Of a DNA stretch of 64,000 nt, positions 51,730-62,313 are shown in pieces (positions within the stretch are counted from its first letter, which is position 1; each line of letters starts with the position of its first letter). Origin of the DNA: a virus; the IMG/VR virus record IMGVR_UViG_3300033149_004116, positions 1 through 64,000 of that record; one strand, given 5' to 3'. Below the pieces are notes generated by a model. That model had not been told where the DNA came from and did no database searches. It saw only the letters and a list, made by a program, of their open reading frames with translations. The position numbers were made by a program, and so were the translations under genes.

Positions 51730-52158
51730 TTCTGTCTCTTTCTCCACGTTTCTTCCGAAGCCACTGATTTCTAGTATTCTCATTCCAACTATGGGCGATT
51801 CTCCGATAGCAAAATTTGTCTTGATTGCTTTTTTGGGCAATCCACTAGATGCTTCAATCAAATTCCAGAAAAACTCAAAGTTTTCGATATTAATATCATC
51901 CTCACCCATTTTAGATAATCTGCCTATGCCAAATTTATTCATAATATCAAGAACTTCTCCTTCTCCTAATGCACTTATAGTGAGAACTCCATAGCTATCA
52001 TCTTTTAACTTTACGACTACATCTTCTTTATATTCTATGCCCTTCAATAATTGCTGTGTTATCTTTGGTGCTTTCTTTTTGAATTCTTCTCTTTCTGCCA
52101 TTATTTTCTTTCTAGCTTCCTCTACCCTAGAAGCCATTTCCTTCTGCTTGTCAGACAT
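51712..52158 (-). CDS. Tail assembly chaperone (gpG-like)
   Basis: Lies between the tail tube and tape measure genes. Confidence 0.7.
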   Translation of the reverse strand: MSDKQKEMASRVEEARKKIMAEREEFKKKAPKITQQLLKGIEYKEDVVVKLKDDSYGVLTISALGEGEVLDIMNKFGIGRLSKMGEDDINIENFEFFWNLIEASSGLPKKAIKTNFAIGESPIVGMRILEISGFGRNVEKETESFLAQ

Positions 52159-52167
52159 TTATATCAC

Positions 52168-52596
52168 CTACTTTATTACTAGAGCGGGAATATCTATCGT
52201 ATCGGTTGCCCATCCATCTGAATCGAAGTTCACGTCAAAGGTTCCAACTCTACAGCCACTGAAGACTACACCCTTATCCGATCCGCTAAATCCAAGAGCG
52301 AAAGCTGTTAGCGCGCCTGTCTTTGAAGATTCACCCAAGAAGAACGAATGTGCTCCAGAATCGATCCACAATCCCTCAAGATGAGTTGTGAGATCGTATC
52401 TTCCAGCCTTAATGCCCCATCCTTCTCTTTTTCCAGCACCGTAATAAACCTCAACATTATGTTCTGCCGTATATGTTAAGTTATTTACCAATCCAACTCT
52501 TATTCCGCTTGCAAATTGATGATTCACCAAAGAGGCTATATTAGTTCCTGTCTGAAAGTAAACAATCATGTCTTGCCCAACTTGAACACTTACCAT
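52168..52596 (-). CDS. Tail tube protein paralog 2
   Basis: Beta-rich; aligns with 52609..52986. Confidence 0.65.
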   Translation of the reverse strand: MVSVQVGQDMIVYFQTGTNIASLVNHQFASGIRVGLVNNLTYTAEHNVEVYYGAGKREGWGIKAGRYDLTTHLEGLWIDSGAHSFFLGESSKTGALTAFALGFSGSDKGVVFSGCRVGTFDVNFDSDGWATDTIDIPALVIK

Positions 52597-52608
52597 TTCA
52601 TATCACCT

Positions 52609-52986
52609 CTAATATGATTTGACAGTTTTTGCCCTCCAATTTACCGTCTCTCTGATCCATCCATCATCAGGAATCTCGAAGTCCCAAGTTTCTATTGAAC
52701 ACCCACTGAGAACTATTGCATTAGTTGCCATAGACGCTTGAATATCAAAGGTTGTAAGCTGTGTAGTTCCTAAAGCGGCGGTAGCAAATAAAGTAACATC
52801 TATGAAGCCTCTCTCTATTGTTCCAGTAATTTCCCTTCTTGCCTCCCTTCTCGCCGCCAGATCGTAATTTCCAAGCTCGAAGAAGGTTTGAAGACCTCTA
52901 TCTATCGTTATGGTTCCATTCGCGAATCCCACTTCCGTTCCGCCTTTATAGATATGTCCTTCCCAATGTCTTTTTGCAACAGACAT
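52609..52986 (-). CDS. Tail tube protein paralog 1
   Basis: ITGTIERGFID...VLSGCSI..W...DDGW..ETVNW.A. Confidence 0.7.
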   Translation of the reverse strand: MSVAKRHWEGHIYKGGTEVGFANGTITIDRGLQTFFELGNYDLAARREARREITGTIERGFIDVTLFATAALGTTQLTTFDIQASMATNAIVLSGCSIETWDFEIPDDGWIRETVNWRAKTVKSY

Positions 52987-53107
52987 TTTCTATCGTTCTC
53001 TATTTTATCTTTACTCATTATTAAATGTTTCTCGTAAAGCATATTTATTCAATTAACCATACAAAAGATTTATATTGATCTTTGAGTGAAATATAATTGA
53101 AATCTGA

Positions 53108-53500
53108 ATGAATGACGAAAGAGTGAAATCCCTCTTAAATTCTGGTATTAAATGTATTGGAGATATTGACAGATGTAATGATTGTGGTAGTAGAACTAAT
53201 CTCTTATTTCATCATATATCTTATGACCCCGAAATTGTTCAGGTTCTCTGCGAAAGTTGTAATATCAAATTTCATAAAAAACACCCAGATATTAAAATTT
53301 CAAGCACATATAAAAGAAGAATAAAGGGGAAGCCAGCATACACCACAATCACGTTAAAAAAACAATTGAAGCGAGACATGGAAGATTTTTGTGATGAAAT
53401 GCGCATTCCTAGACATTACAGTTGGGGGGATGTCATAGAAATGTTAATGAAAGAATACAGAAAATATCAAATGATTAAAAATAGATATAAATTAAGATAA
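53108..53500 (+). CDS. HNH-like domain fused to a ribbon-helix-helix-like C-terminus
   Basis: CNDCG..HHISY..LCESC; TTITL...SWGDVIEML. Confidence 0.55.
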   Translation: MNDERVKSLLNSGIKCIGDIDRCNDCGSRTNLLFHHISYDPEIVQVLCESCNIKFHKKHPDIKISSTYKRRIKGKPAYTTITLKKQLKRDMEDFCDEMRIPRHYSWGDVIEMLMKEYRKYQMIKNRYKLR

Positions 53501-54550
53501 TTCTTTAATGAATTTTATATATTCTTTTTCATATCTCTCCCAAGGAAAAGCTTCTATCACTTTTCTTGCATTCGCTCCCATCCTCTTTGCTTGATTCCTA
53601 TTATCATACAACCATTGAAGCTTTTCTGCTATTGCTATGTAATTTTTTGGTGGAACAATAAACCCGTTCATTCCATTATAGACGTGTTGATATGTCCCCA
53701 TATTTTCAGATATTATCACGGGCAATCCGCAAGACATGGCTTCTAACGCCGCCAGAGGGTTGCCATCTTCAATAGCTGGAAGACAAAAAACGTCAGAATT
53801 TTGATAAGATTTAACCAAGTCAGGAACCCACCCCCATTTCACATTTTTAATATCTTCAAAATATTTAGCTACACTTTTATCTACTCCAGCAACTATTAGT
53901 TCTGCATTTTTAAAATCCAATTTTTTCCAAGTAGCAAGTAGATAAACCAATCCTTTTCTAATCCAATTGCTTCCAACATAAATCACTCTGAATTTATCAT
54001 CTTCCACATCATCGCTTTTCGGTTTAAATTTATTCAAATCGACTCCAAATGGGATTATTTTTGCTTTATATTCCAATCCATATTTTTTTAAAGATTTATA
54101 TATCCATTCTGAGGGTATTAAAATATGATCTGCTATTTCCATTTCTTTTATTATTTTTTTCTCCAACGTTGGGTTAATCATATTCGTTCCCATCTCTCCT
54201 TGGAGAAGCTCTTTTTGTAGAGAAATATGCGCACTGTAAAGATTGATTAATTTGATCGACTTGGGAAATTCTCTCATAGTAAAGAGTGAGTGAGAACACC
54301 ACGATTGAAGAATTTCTGGCGGAGATTTCATATTTAATGCAACATATCCATCGAAAAATATATCCTGTTGTTCATAACTTCCTACCGACTGAGGGACTTT
54401 GTGAAATTTTTCTTTTGGAATCCCTATTAATTCCGTAGCATAAATTTTATCAATCAGTTTCTCATCATATAATGGTTTTACTTGGTGAAATGCCGTTCTT
54501 CCAATTCCTCCCGCTCCAATATCCATTTTTCCAGAATAAGTTACTTTCAT
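53492..54550 (-). CDS. GT4 glycosyltransferase
   Basis: RKG, LPAIEDGNPLAALEAMSCGLPVI. Confidence 0.92.
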   Translation of the reverse strand: MKVTYSGKMDIGAGGIGRTAFHQVKPLYDEKLIDKIYATELIGIPKEKFHKVPQSVGSYEQQDIFFDGYVALNMKSPPEILQSWCSHSLFTMREFPKSIKLINLYSAHISLQKELLQGEMGTNMINPTLEKKIIKEMEIADHILIPSEWIYKSLKKYGLEYKAKIIPFGVDLNKFKPKSDDVEDDKFRVIYVGSNWIRKGLVYLLATWKKLDFKNAELIVAGVDKSVAKYFEDIKNVKWGWVPDLVKSYQNSDVFCLPAIEDGNPLAALEAMSCGLPVIISENMGTYQHVYNGMNGFIVPPKNYIAIAEKLQWLYDNRNQAKRMGANARKVIEAFPWERYEKEYIKFIKELS

Positions 54551-54750
54551 TTAAATCATCCTTTTATGTAGAAAAATTCTATGAGCATAAGGCAGGATAC
54601 AAGTATATTGTCTTATGATGGTTCCCTTCTGAGTTGAGTCCGGAAGAAAATCTACATCTGCTTGATAACATTCCATACAGAAACCATAGCAGGCATTTCT
54701 CCGCCCCGCTCTGGGATGTATTCTTTCCTTTATCCTCCCTCTTTTTTCCC

Positions 54751-55632
54751 TCATTTCAATAACTCCACAAGTTTATCTTTAAGGAGGTGGCGCTTATATA
54801 CTTTTTGTTGTCCCGCTCTTGCAATTTCCTCCCTTTCCTCCTCATCCTCCAAATATTTCAATATCAATCTCTTTGCCTCTTTAATTGTGTCATAAGCAAT
54901 ATATTCCTTTCCTTTAACCAAACATTTTTCTAGCCCAGTTCCAGTATCAGATATTAAGGCAGTTCTACTTGCTGGGGCTTCTATAGAACGCATATTTGGA
55001 GTTTTTCCCCTTACATAATGAGCATTAAGAATTAATTTTGATGAAGAATATGCTTTATATAATTCATCCCAATAAATGGCATTTCCCGCCCAATTGGGAG
55101 TCTTTTTGCTCCAAGAATTTCCCCATATTTTTGAAGTCCAAGGCATATTTCGCATAATATTAATTATTCTTTTGCTCCTCTCTGGATGTGATGTGCCACA
55201 AAAAACCAAATCTGACTTATATTTTTCATCTGTAGTTTCTATTCTTCTATGAATATCCGAATCGATTCCAGTAGCCATCCAAGGATGACCCCATCCTTCT
55301 TCAACTACATAATATTTATCATATACATCAATATAATCATCAAAGTCTGAATATCTAAGAGGGGAATCAAACCACCACAAGACTTTTTTTGCTGGAATAT
55401 CTTTAATAACATTAGGATATAATCCCCTTCCTTTGATAGATAGAATATAATCAAAATCTATTGCCTTGGTTATTTCTTCTAGATATTCATTTGTATATTT
55501 TGCTCCATAATTATATATTAAAGCTCTATGATCGAATCTATATATCATAAATCCCATTTTTTGGAGAACGTGATAAATAACATGAGAATATGCGCCCATT
55601 TGATAAGTAGAAATCAATAATATATTTTTCAT
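54751..55632 (-). CDS. GT-B glycosyltransferase (CgeB-like)
   Basis: WWFDSP, DLVFCG, ILNAH, NMRSIEA, IARAGQ. Confidence 0.85.
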   Translation of the reverse strand: MKNILLISTYQMGAYSHVIYHVLQKMGFMIYRFDHRALIYNYGAKYTNEYLEEITKAIDFDYILSIKGRGLYPNVIKDIPAKKVLWWFDSPLRYSDFDDYIDVYDKYYVVEEGWGHPWMATGIDSDIHRRIETTDEKYKSDLVFCGTSHPERSKRIINIMRNMPWTSKIWGNSWSKKTPNWAGNAIYWDELYKAYSSSKLILNAHYVRGKTPNMRSIEAPASRTALISDTGTGLEKCLVKGKEYIAYDTIKEAKRLILKYLEDEEEREEIARAGQQKVYKRHLLKDKLVELLK

Positions 55633-55645
55633 TTTTGTTCTCTCC

Positions 55646-56047
55646 TTAAATTTTATACCTTTTTGGATAATTAAAATCTTTTATTATTTTTTCACATTTT
55701 TCTTCTATCATAAGGTCAAACCCTCTCACAGCTTAATCTCGATGTTGATTGATTAATGTTTCCTATTGGTGGAAATCTTTTTCTGTTAAATGATGTTCTT
55801 TTATATTTTCCTTCCATCCATAGCTCCAACAAGCTCCCTTCCAGCTTTCTGGATTTCTCAGAGATCGTGGCAGAATGTGATATAAACCATTCATAGCTTC
55901 ATCCTCTTGATACTTGTCTCTTCCGGAATAACAATAAATTTTATCGTGTCGTCTCAACATATTACAGAAAAGCGTAAGTCCGCCGTGAGGATAGCCAATT
56001 ATATATATAGGCTTGAAAGGTATAAAATCTGCTTTTAGACTTCTAAT
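55646..56047 (-). pseudogene. Internally deleted sulfotransferase remnant
   Basis: The frame upstream of ORF 55763..55960 reads PIYIIGYPHGGLTLFCNMLRRHDKI (PAPS-loop-like). After two stops the same frame ends MIEEKCEKIIKDFNY. Confidence 0.55.
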
Positions 56048-56048
56048 C

Positions 56049-56552
56049 TTATTGCTCCCTCCAAATGAAATCTTGATAAATTCCTCGTCCAGTTTTGATG
56101 ACTTCTAATATTTCCTCAAAACTAACTGGATATCCTCGCCAGACATCAACACCTACATTAATTACAATTTTCGACCCCCTTCTTCGCACCTTCCATTTTT
56201 CGTGAATATGACCACAGAGATTGTATTTAAATCTAAAATCTGGCTCGTGACTTATATGCCAATCAATTCCTCCATAATTTATAGTTGCCGAATTGATGAC
56301 TGCATATTTATTTAATCGATCATGACTGCCTTTAATAAAGATAATATAACCATTAAGCGAATCAATAAAGTGTTGAACGTTCTTAAATGCAAAATCACCA
56401 AGATGAATAACCAAGTCGTCTTTGGCGACTCTTTCGTTCCATCGTCGTATCAGTTCTTGATTCATATGTTCGACACTTTTAAACGGTCTTTTACAGTAGG
56501 TAATAATATTTTTATGTGAGAAATGATGATCTGATGTCACAAATTTCCTCAT
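56049..56552 (-). CDS. Calcineurin-like metallophosphoesterase
   Basis: SDHHF, HLGD, GSHD, SHEP, GHIH, NVGVD. Confidence 0.9.
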   Translation of the reverse strand: MRKFVTSDHHFSHKNIITYCKRPFKSVEHMNQELIRRWNERVAKDDLVIHLGDFAFKNVQHFIDSLNGYIIFIKGSHDRLNKYAVINSATINYGGIDWHISHEPDFRFKYNLCGHIHEKWKVRRRGSKIVINVGVDVWRGYPVSFEEILEVIKTGRGIYQDFIWREQ

Positions 56553-56576
56553 ATTATCTCACAATTTCTTATAATT

Positions 56577-57263
56577 TTAATCGTCACTTCTTTCTCCAAT
56601 TACCAATAGATTTCCAAACCAGTCCAAACCCATAGCCAAGCAAATTCTTTCCTGAAATTCATTAATTGATCTCATTTCGTCAGCTTTGTTGGGTTCTCTC
56701 CTCATTCTATCTTCTCTCAAAGCATGATAACCCTTCCCCCGCCATATCTGGACTTTTTCAAAGTCAAAATGTTTGCAAAGTCCATATAGAAATTCATAAG
56801 AGTAAAAGGTAGTATGTTGAGGATCAACAAACATATAATCAAAACACAAAGGATTTGGAGTCATTATTATGATTTTATTATCAATATAAGGATTTAAAGT
56901 TTTAATAGTGGTATATGCCTCCTCCAATTTCATATGTTCCATAATATTTAACATTATTAAAGCATCAAATTCTCTTATTCTCCTTCCTATGATAAATTCA
57001 TCTACGTCTTTAAAGAGGGGGAAGTTAGTTACGAGCGATGGGTCATTATCTATCCCCACATACTCCCCCGAAAAATTATTGGGCAATAGTGCCTCATTAT
57101 ACAGGTTTCCTCTGCCACATCCAAAATCTACTATCTTCATTTTCGGAGCCAACTCAGACAAAATTAGAGGATATTCGTGTTTGAATGACGGATATGAATA
57201 AATAGGCTGTAACTTATTTCTATATTTCATTAGTTCCCCATATGGGACTTTAGTGATGTTCAT
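56577..57263 (-). CDS. Class I SAM-dependent methyltransferase
   Basis: VDFGCGRG, NIMEH, TPN, DPQH. Confidence 0.85.
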   Translation of the reverse strand: MNITKVPYGELMKYRNKLQPIYSYPSFKHEYPLILSELAPKMKIVDFGCGRGNLYNEALLPNNFSGEYVGIDNDPSLVTNFPLFKDVDEFIIGRRIREFDALIMLNIMEHMKLEEAYTTIKTLNPYIDNKIIIMTPNPLCFDYMFVDPQHTTFYSYEFLYGLCKHFDFEKVQIWRGKGYHALREDRMRREPNKADEMRSINEFQERICLAMGLDWFGNLLVIGERSDD

Positions 57264-57264
57264 A

Positions 57265-58269
57265 TTATTTTACCTTTACAGAATTGTATTTTAAGTTGAA
57301 AAATGCTTTGAGGCGCTTAATTCCCTCTTCAACCAAAATTGTCGGCTCCCAATCAAAAGCCTCCCTTGCTTTTTGAATATTTGAAATATAAATCTTCTGA
57401 TCTGCGAGTCTCCAATTATGATATTTTATATTCTTGAATTCTTTATTGAAAAGTTTAATGAGTTCCAATACGGATATAGTATTTTTAAATCCCCCGCCAA
57501 TGTTGAAAACTCCTCGTTCCTCGCTTTCAATAGCTTTATCAAACAAATTGACTAAATCATCTATGTATAGAATGTCTCTTACCTGCTTACCGTCACCAAA
57601 AATTTTTACAGTTCCTCCGCCTATTATCAAATTTCCGAGATGATAAATCCATCCTTGATCTTCAGTTCCGCTCTGATCTGCTCCATATATACAGCTACAT
57701 CTAAATACTTTATTATTTAAACCATATATTTTCTCATAATCTTGAACGTATAAATCGCCCACGAGTTTGCTAACTCCATAAGGACTATGAATGCAACGAT
57801 CTATTGGAAAATCTTCTCCGATTGAAAACGTCTTATCAATAAATTCATATCTTGTTGATGTTTCTTCTATGGGAATCTTATTTACGTTATCTCCATAAAC
57901 TTTATTTGTTGACATATAAATTATCCCCGAATCGTTCTCTCTCGCGTATTCACACAATTCAAAAGTCCCCCTCGCATTATTTATAAAATCATATCTTGGA
58001 TTCTTTAGGGAACGAGTTACAGCAGTTTGAGCGGCACAATGCAAAATTGTATCTATATCTCTCCCCATCTCCTTCCCCATCAAACCATTTATCCATCCAA
58101 TATATTCTTTATGAATACATCTAATTCCGTTCTCGGCTAGAATTGAAGTTCTGTGGTTTCCGACATCATCTCGTCTATTATCTATAACTGCGACTTCATA
58201 GCCCTCCCCTTTAAAATGTAAAGCCAAATTAGAGCCTATAAATCCAAGCCCTCCAGTTATGAATATCAT
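57265..58269 (-). CDS. NAD-dependent epimerase/dehydratase (CDP-paratose 2-epimerase-like)
   Basis: TGGLGFIG, AAQTAV, STNKVYG, YGVSK, EDQGW, QVRDIL. Confidence 0.92.
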   Translation of the reverse strand: MIFITGGLGFIGSNLALHFKGEGYEVAVIDNRRDDVGNHRTSILAENGIRCIHKEYIGWINGLMGKEMGRDIDTILHCAAQTAVTRSLKNPRYDFINNARGTFELCEYARENDSGIIYMSTNKVYGDNVNKIPIEETSTRYEFIDKTFSIGEDFPIDRCIHSPYGVSKLVGDLYVQDYEKIYGLNNKVFRCSCIYGADQSGTEDQGWIYHLGNLIIGGGTVKIFGDGKQVRDILYIDDLVNLFDKAIESEERGVFNIGGGFKNTISVLELIKLFNKEFKNIKYHNWRLADQKIYISNIQKAREAFDWEPTILVEEGIKRLKAFFNLKYNSVKVK

Positions 58270-59241
58270 CTAAATCTCCTCCAACAATCTGGAGAGAACA
58301 TCCTTTCCTTTTTCATTCCTTCTTTCAGCCTCTTCTTGCATAAAAGAGAAGCATTTCATATTTAAGTCTTTTCTTTTAGTCTCAGATAGATTAACAATTT
58401 TCTTGATTTTTTCTGCCACTTCAAGAGGATTGTCCAAATTTTTGACTAAAAGATATTTCCACAACTTTTTATCTACCCATGATGTCATAACTGTAGATAT
58501 TAAGCAAGGTCTTTCCATCGCAAAATGTTCTGCAACAACGTAATCAAAAGTTTCGGCATAGGTAACTTGAAGCCCTAATTTCATGGTTTGAATTGACTTG
58601 AAATAATTTTCTTGACTCATCCATCCCATATCAGTAAAACGCAACTTTATTAATTGTGCAAAAAATTTATATCTCGGCTGAAGACCACTAAAATGTAGAT
58701 GAACATCTGCTTTTTGCGCCCCGTGAATTTGTACCAGAGGGTTTTTTCTTGTATCTAGAGGACAAAATATGTCCACCCAATCCTTCCCCATTTCTAATGT
58801 ATTGTCTTTAAATTTTTGTATATTATTCCAATCAAAAGCATAAGGCAGATAAATCAGCTTCTCTTTTGGAATGAATTGTTTGAATAAATCAAAGTTTTGA
58901 GGAGTGCCTAAAACAACATAATCTAGCAATTTGCTCATAACTATGTCCTTAATTAGGTGAATATAAGAAATTTCCATTCCGTTATTGGAGAAATCCATCT
59001 GACCGACGCTCGAAGTCCAGAAAAGCGCTGTAGGAATATTATGAATATAAAGTCTTTGTAATGCCTCGTAATAGATTGGATGCCACCCTCCCAATATCAC
59101 CAATTTTCTGCCATCTACAGTTTCTTTGGATATTTCATCCGTATGTTGTGTTAATCCAGTTACATCATAGTGTTTTAATACCGAAGTAACCCCAGGATAG
59201 CTTTTAGGACACACGGTTATTATCGGTTTGATTTCTCCCAT
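58270..59241 (-). CDS. Divergent GT-B glycosyltransferase
   Basis: RKNP, GWM, YAETFDYVVAEHFAMERPCL (E-x7-E). Confidence 0.7.
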   Translation of the reverse strand: MGEIKPIITVCPKSYPGVTSVLKHYDVTGLTQHTDEISKETVDGRKLVILGGWHPIYYEALQRLYIHNIPTALFWTSSVGQMDFSNNGMEISYIHLIKDIVMSKLLDYVVLGTPQNFDLFKQFIPKEKLIYLPYAFDWNNIQKFKDNTLEMGKDWVDIFCPLDTRKNPLVQIHGAQKADVHLHFSGLQPRYKFFAQLIKLRFTDMGWMSQENYFKSIQTMKLGLQVTYAETFDYVVAEHFAMERPCLISTVMTSWVDKKLWKYLLVKNLDNPLEVAEKIKKIVNLSETKRKDLNMKCFSFMQEEAERRNEKGKDVLSRLLEEI

Positions 59242-59566
59242 CTATTTAGCCTCATAAACCAATATTTCTCTCAAGTGAGGGACTATGTAAACTCTATTTT
59301 TTAAATAGAAGATTGGATATGTAAAATTCTTTATTTTTCTTTTAATCATTTTTTGGGGAATTAAAATTACAAATGGTTCTGTTTTAGCTTCTCCCCTCGC
59401 CTTTGCTATTTCATATATTATTTTCTTTTTAACGCCTTTTGATAGAACAAAATAGTTAAATTTGACAGTATAAATTACGTTGTCCGTCTCTTTGCCCTCA
59501 CAAGTGGATATTTTATCATAATAATAAATTTTACTATCCTCATATGCGTCGATATTTACAGCCAAT

Positions 59567-60640
59567 TTATATTACCTCCTCAAAAGCTTCAATATATTTA
59601 TCTCCAATTTTTTCTACTGAATAATTTTCAACAACCCATTCTCTTCCCTTCTTTGCCTCTTTATAAGAATCTTCATTTTTAAGGACAGAAACAATTGCAT
59701 CAATATCGCCCTGCTGAACAAATGTAATGTCTGGACTTTGCCCCCACATTTCCATCAAAGATTTGCTCGTGCTTGCTAATACAGGTTTGTAACAAAGTAA
59801 TGCTTCCCCAGCACAATATCCCATTTGTTCTTTCCACACGGGAGTGTCTAGACTGTGGAATATGAATATATCAGCCCAATTATATATTTTTGGGAGTCTT
59901 TCGTATTCAGTCCAAGATTCTAATAGTACCCTCTTGCCGTATTCGGGATGCTGCAAAATGATTTCATTCATATTCCCCCTGCCCCCAACAAACTTCAATA
60001 TATAATTTTCACCCAATTTATCAAAGGCTCTTAAAATCACTTCTATTCCTTTTTCTTTTACAAGTCTTCCAACGTATAGTATTTTCTTCGGTTCCTTCCT
60101 CTCCTCAAAATGAATTTTAGGTTCTGGAACAAAAAGTTCTACATCCAAGCCTGTTTGTGGAAGTTGTATGACTCGTTTTGCTCCCTTTTCCAACAATATT
60201 CTTGATGCATCCTTATTGCCTCCAATTGCCAAATTTGCCTCTTTGATGACACAACTCTCCATCGTTCTCCAAGGCTGTGGATACGCCTTTCTGATATTTT
60301 CCCAAGTAAAAAAGGAGAAAGGTATATCAAAAAGTTTAGATACACCAAGTGCATTATATGCACAATAAGTAAATGGTTCTTGCATACAATAAATAATGTC
60401 TGGACTAAAATCTTTAATAATTTCGTGTAACTGAGGGAAATACCAAAAATTGGATATACTAGAGAAATAAGGGGGAAATAATTTTAATTCAAATCCGTTC
60501 CTTTTAATGGGATGATAGGTTTCCCCCGCATAATTTGGAATACATATAGAGAGAACTTTATGCCCGCGATTGGCTATATATTCCCACATTTTTCTTTGCC
60601 TATAATGCGCTCCAGAGTGGGAAATGAGAAGTATTCTCAT
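59567..60640 (-). CDS. GT4 glycosyltransferase
   Basis: VGRLVKEKG, WKEQMGYCAGEAL. Confidence 0.9.
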   Translation of the reverse strand: MRILLISHSGAHYRQRKMWEYIANRGHKVLSICIPNYAGETYHPIKRNGFELKLFPPYFSSISNFWYFPQLHEIIKDFSPDIIYCMQEPFTYCAYNALGVSKLFDIPFSFFTWENIRKAYPQPWRTMESCVIKEANLAIGGNKDASRILLEKGAKRVIQLPQTGLDVELFVPEPKIHFEERKEPKKILYVGRLVKEKGIEVILRAFDKLGENYILKFVGGRGNMNEIILQHPEYGKRVLLESWTEYERLPKIYNWADIFIFHSLDTPVWKEQMGYCAGEALLCYKPVLASTSKSLMEMWGQSPDITFVQQGDIDAIVSVLKNEDSYKEAKKGREWVVENYSVEKIGDKYIEAFEEVI

Positions 60641-61149
60641 ATTACTGCGCCACCCACAGCCCCTCGCCGCGAGGTATTGAAGTTATTTCGTCCTTTTTTG
60701 CGCCCACAACATCTTCCAATTTAAACCATCCTTTTATATAAGTTTCCTCTCCTAGTGGCAATGCTTTAATATAAATTTTGTCGGGGTTAATCATTTTTCT
60801 TCTCCTTCTAGCCGCGTCTTGTAATATATTAATTATCTGAGACTTATATTTAATAACTATTGACTCCTTTGTTAAGTTGCTTGTTTCAACTTGAAAGCAT
60901 ACAGCAACTATTTCATCATCTGACTTTAGAAAGTCGGATAGTCTATTAAGACTGTATTCTATCAGGGGATATCTTGTCTTTAGAACCTCCCTCTCCTCCT
61001 TTTTATCTTTTATTTTCATCCCTCTTTTCTTCTTCTTTTTTCCTCTTGCCATTTTTGGGCATCCTCCACATTTATTTCAATTGTCTTGTTCCCACTATTT
61101 ATTACCAAAATAATGCTTGGGTCGAAAACGTTTAAAAATATTTTTCTTT

Positions 61150-62313
61150 TCATATATCATTCCTCAAATCAAGTTCATAATACAATTTGGTAAAATCATC
61201 TCCCGCTCTTCTGGAATCAAAATTTCTTCTGACATAATCGTATCCTTCCTTTGCCATTTTATATCTTTTTTTGGGCAATAATAACATATCTACAATCTTC
61301 TCTGCAAGTTCTACGTGATTTCTTGGTTCAAACATTTCTCCACCATATTTTAAAAGTTCTGGAATTGAACCCGTTCTCGAACAAATTACAGGCGTTCCGC
61401 ACGCTAAAGCTTCGAGCCATATGAGACCAACAGTTTCCTCCCATATCGAGGGAAAAACTACAATTGCAGATTCATTATAAGTTCCCCTGAGACTTTCTGG
61501 TGGCATACGTTCTACAAAGTGAACATTCATTAAATTTAAACTTTTCGCTAGATTAACTACCAAATCCAAACTTCTATAATCGCCCTGAGCCACTAGATGT
61601 GCCATAGGAAGTCTCTTATTAACCATCTTCCACGCTTTAAGCAAAACTTGAATGCCTTTGTGAGCAATATAATTTCCCGCAAAAAATACCTGCCAAGGAT
61701 TTTTATTAACATTTTTCATTATATTAAAAAATTCCAAATCAATCCAAGGTTTAATAATTTTCCATTTCCCAACCAATAAATTGTTGTCCTCGAATATCTT
61801 GATGTGTCGTTCTGATGGGACGATTCCAGCATCACATTTGTTAATTATTTCTCTTTGTCTTCTCGTCATCTCATAATTATATCTTCCAACACATTTTATA
61901 CACTTGTCAGCATTAATCTTATAGCACGCGTCATAATCCATTGCTTGCCATACTCTTATCATAAATCTTTGTGGGCAAAGTGTCCAAAAATCGTGAAAGA
62001 CCCATACTGTAGGAATTCCCATTTTCTGGGCTTCCTCAATCCCCCTCGTTCCGATAAATTGGTTGTTATGGAGTTGGACAACATTTATATCAAAATCTTC
62101 TATTATCTTCCTCGTTAGAGGTTTTATTTTTCCCTTTTCTACCTGCCATAGATGTAATTTTCCATCTCCTCTCAATTCGTGTTTGGGGTGTCCAACAAAC
62201 ATAAAGTGAATGGAGTTTATATCATTTCTCTTAACTAATGCATCCAATAATCCTCTAATCCGATTTTCAGCGCCTCCCGCCGTCAAAAATGGGTTTTGAA
62301 GCAACACATTCAA
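61150..62313 (-). CDS. GT4 glycosyltransferase
   Basis: GGAE, HDFWTLCP, HKG, PSIWEETVGLIWLEALACGTPV. Confidence 0.92.
   Translation of the reverse strand: MNVLLQNPFLTAGGAENRIRGLLDALVKRNDINSIHFMFVGHPKHELRGDGKLHLWQVEKGKIKPLTRKIIEDFDINVVQLHNNQFIGTRGIEEAQKMGIPTVWVFHDFWTLCPQRFMIRVWQAMDYDACYKINADKCIKCVGRYNYEMTRRQREIINKCDAGIVPSERHIKIFEDNNLLVGKWKIIKPWIDLEFFNIMKNVNKNPWQVFFAGNYIAHKGIQVLLKAWKMVNKRLPMAHLVAQGDYRSLDLVVNLAKSLNLMNVHFVERMPPESLRGTYNESAIVVFPSIWEETVGLIWLEALACGTPVICSRTGSIPELLKYGGEMFEPRNHVELAEKIVDMLLLPKKRYKMAKEGYDYVRRNFDSRRAGDDFTKLYYELDLRNDI

Noticed and set aside
55712-55780. Hairpin TTAATC/GATTAA between the two stops of the sulfotransferase remnant, tested as a BHB intron.
   Set aside because: No 4-bp central helix with 3-nt bulges that removes both stops; the product would still be far too short.
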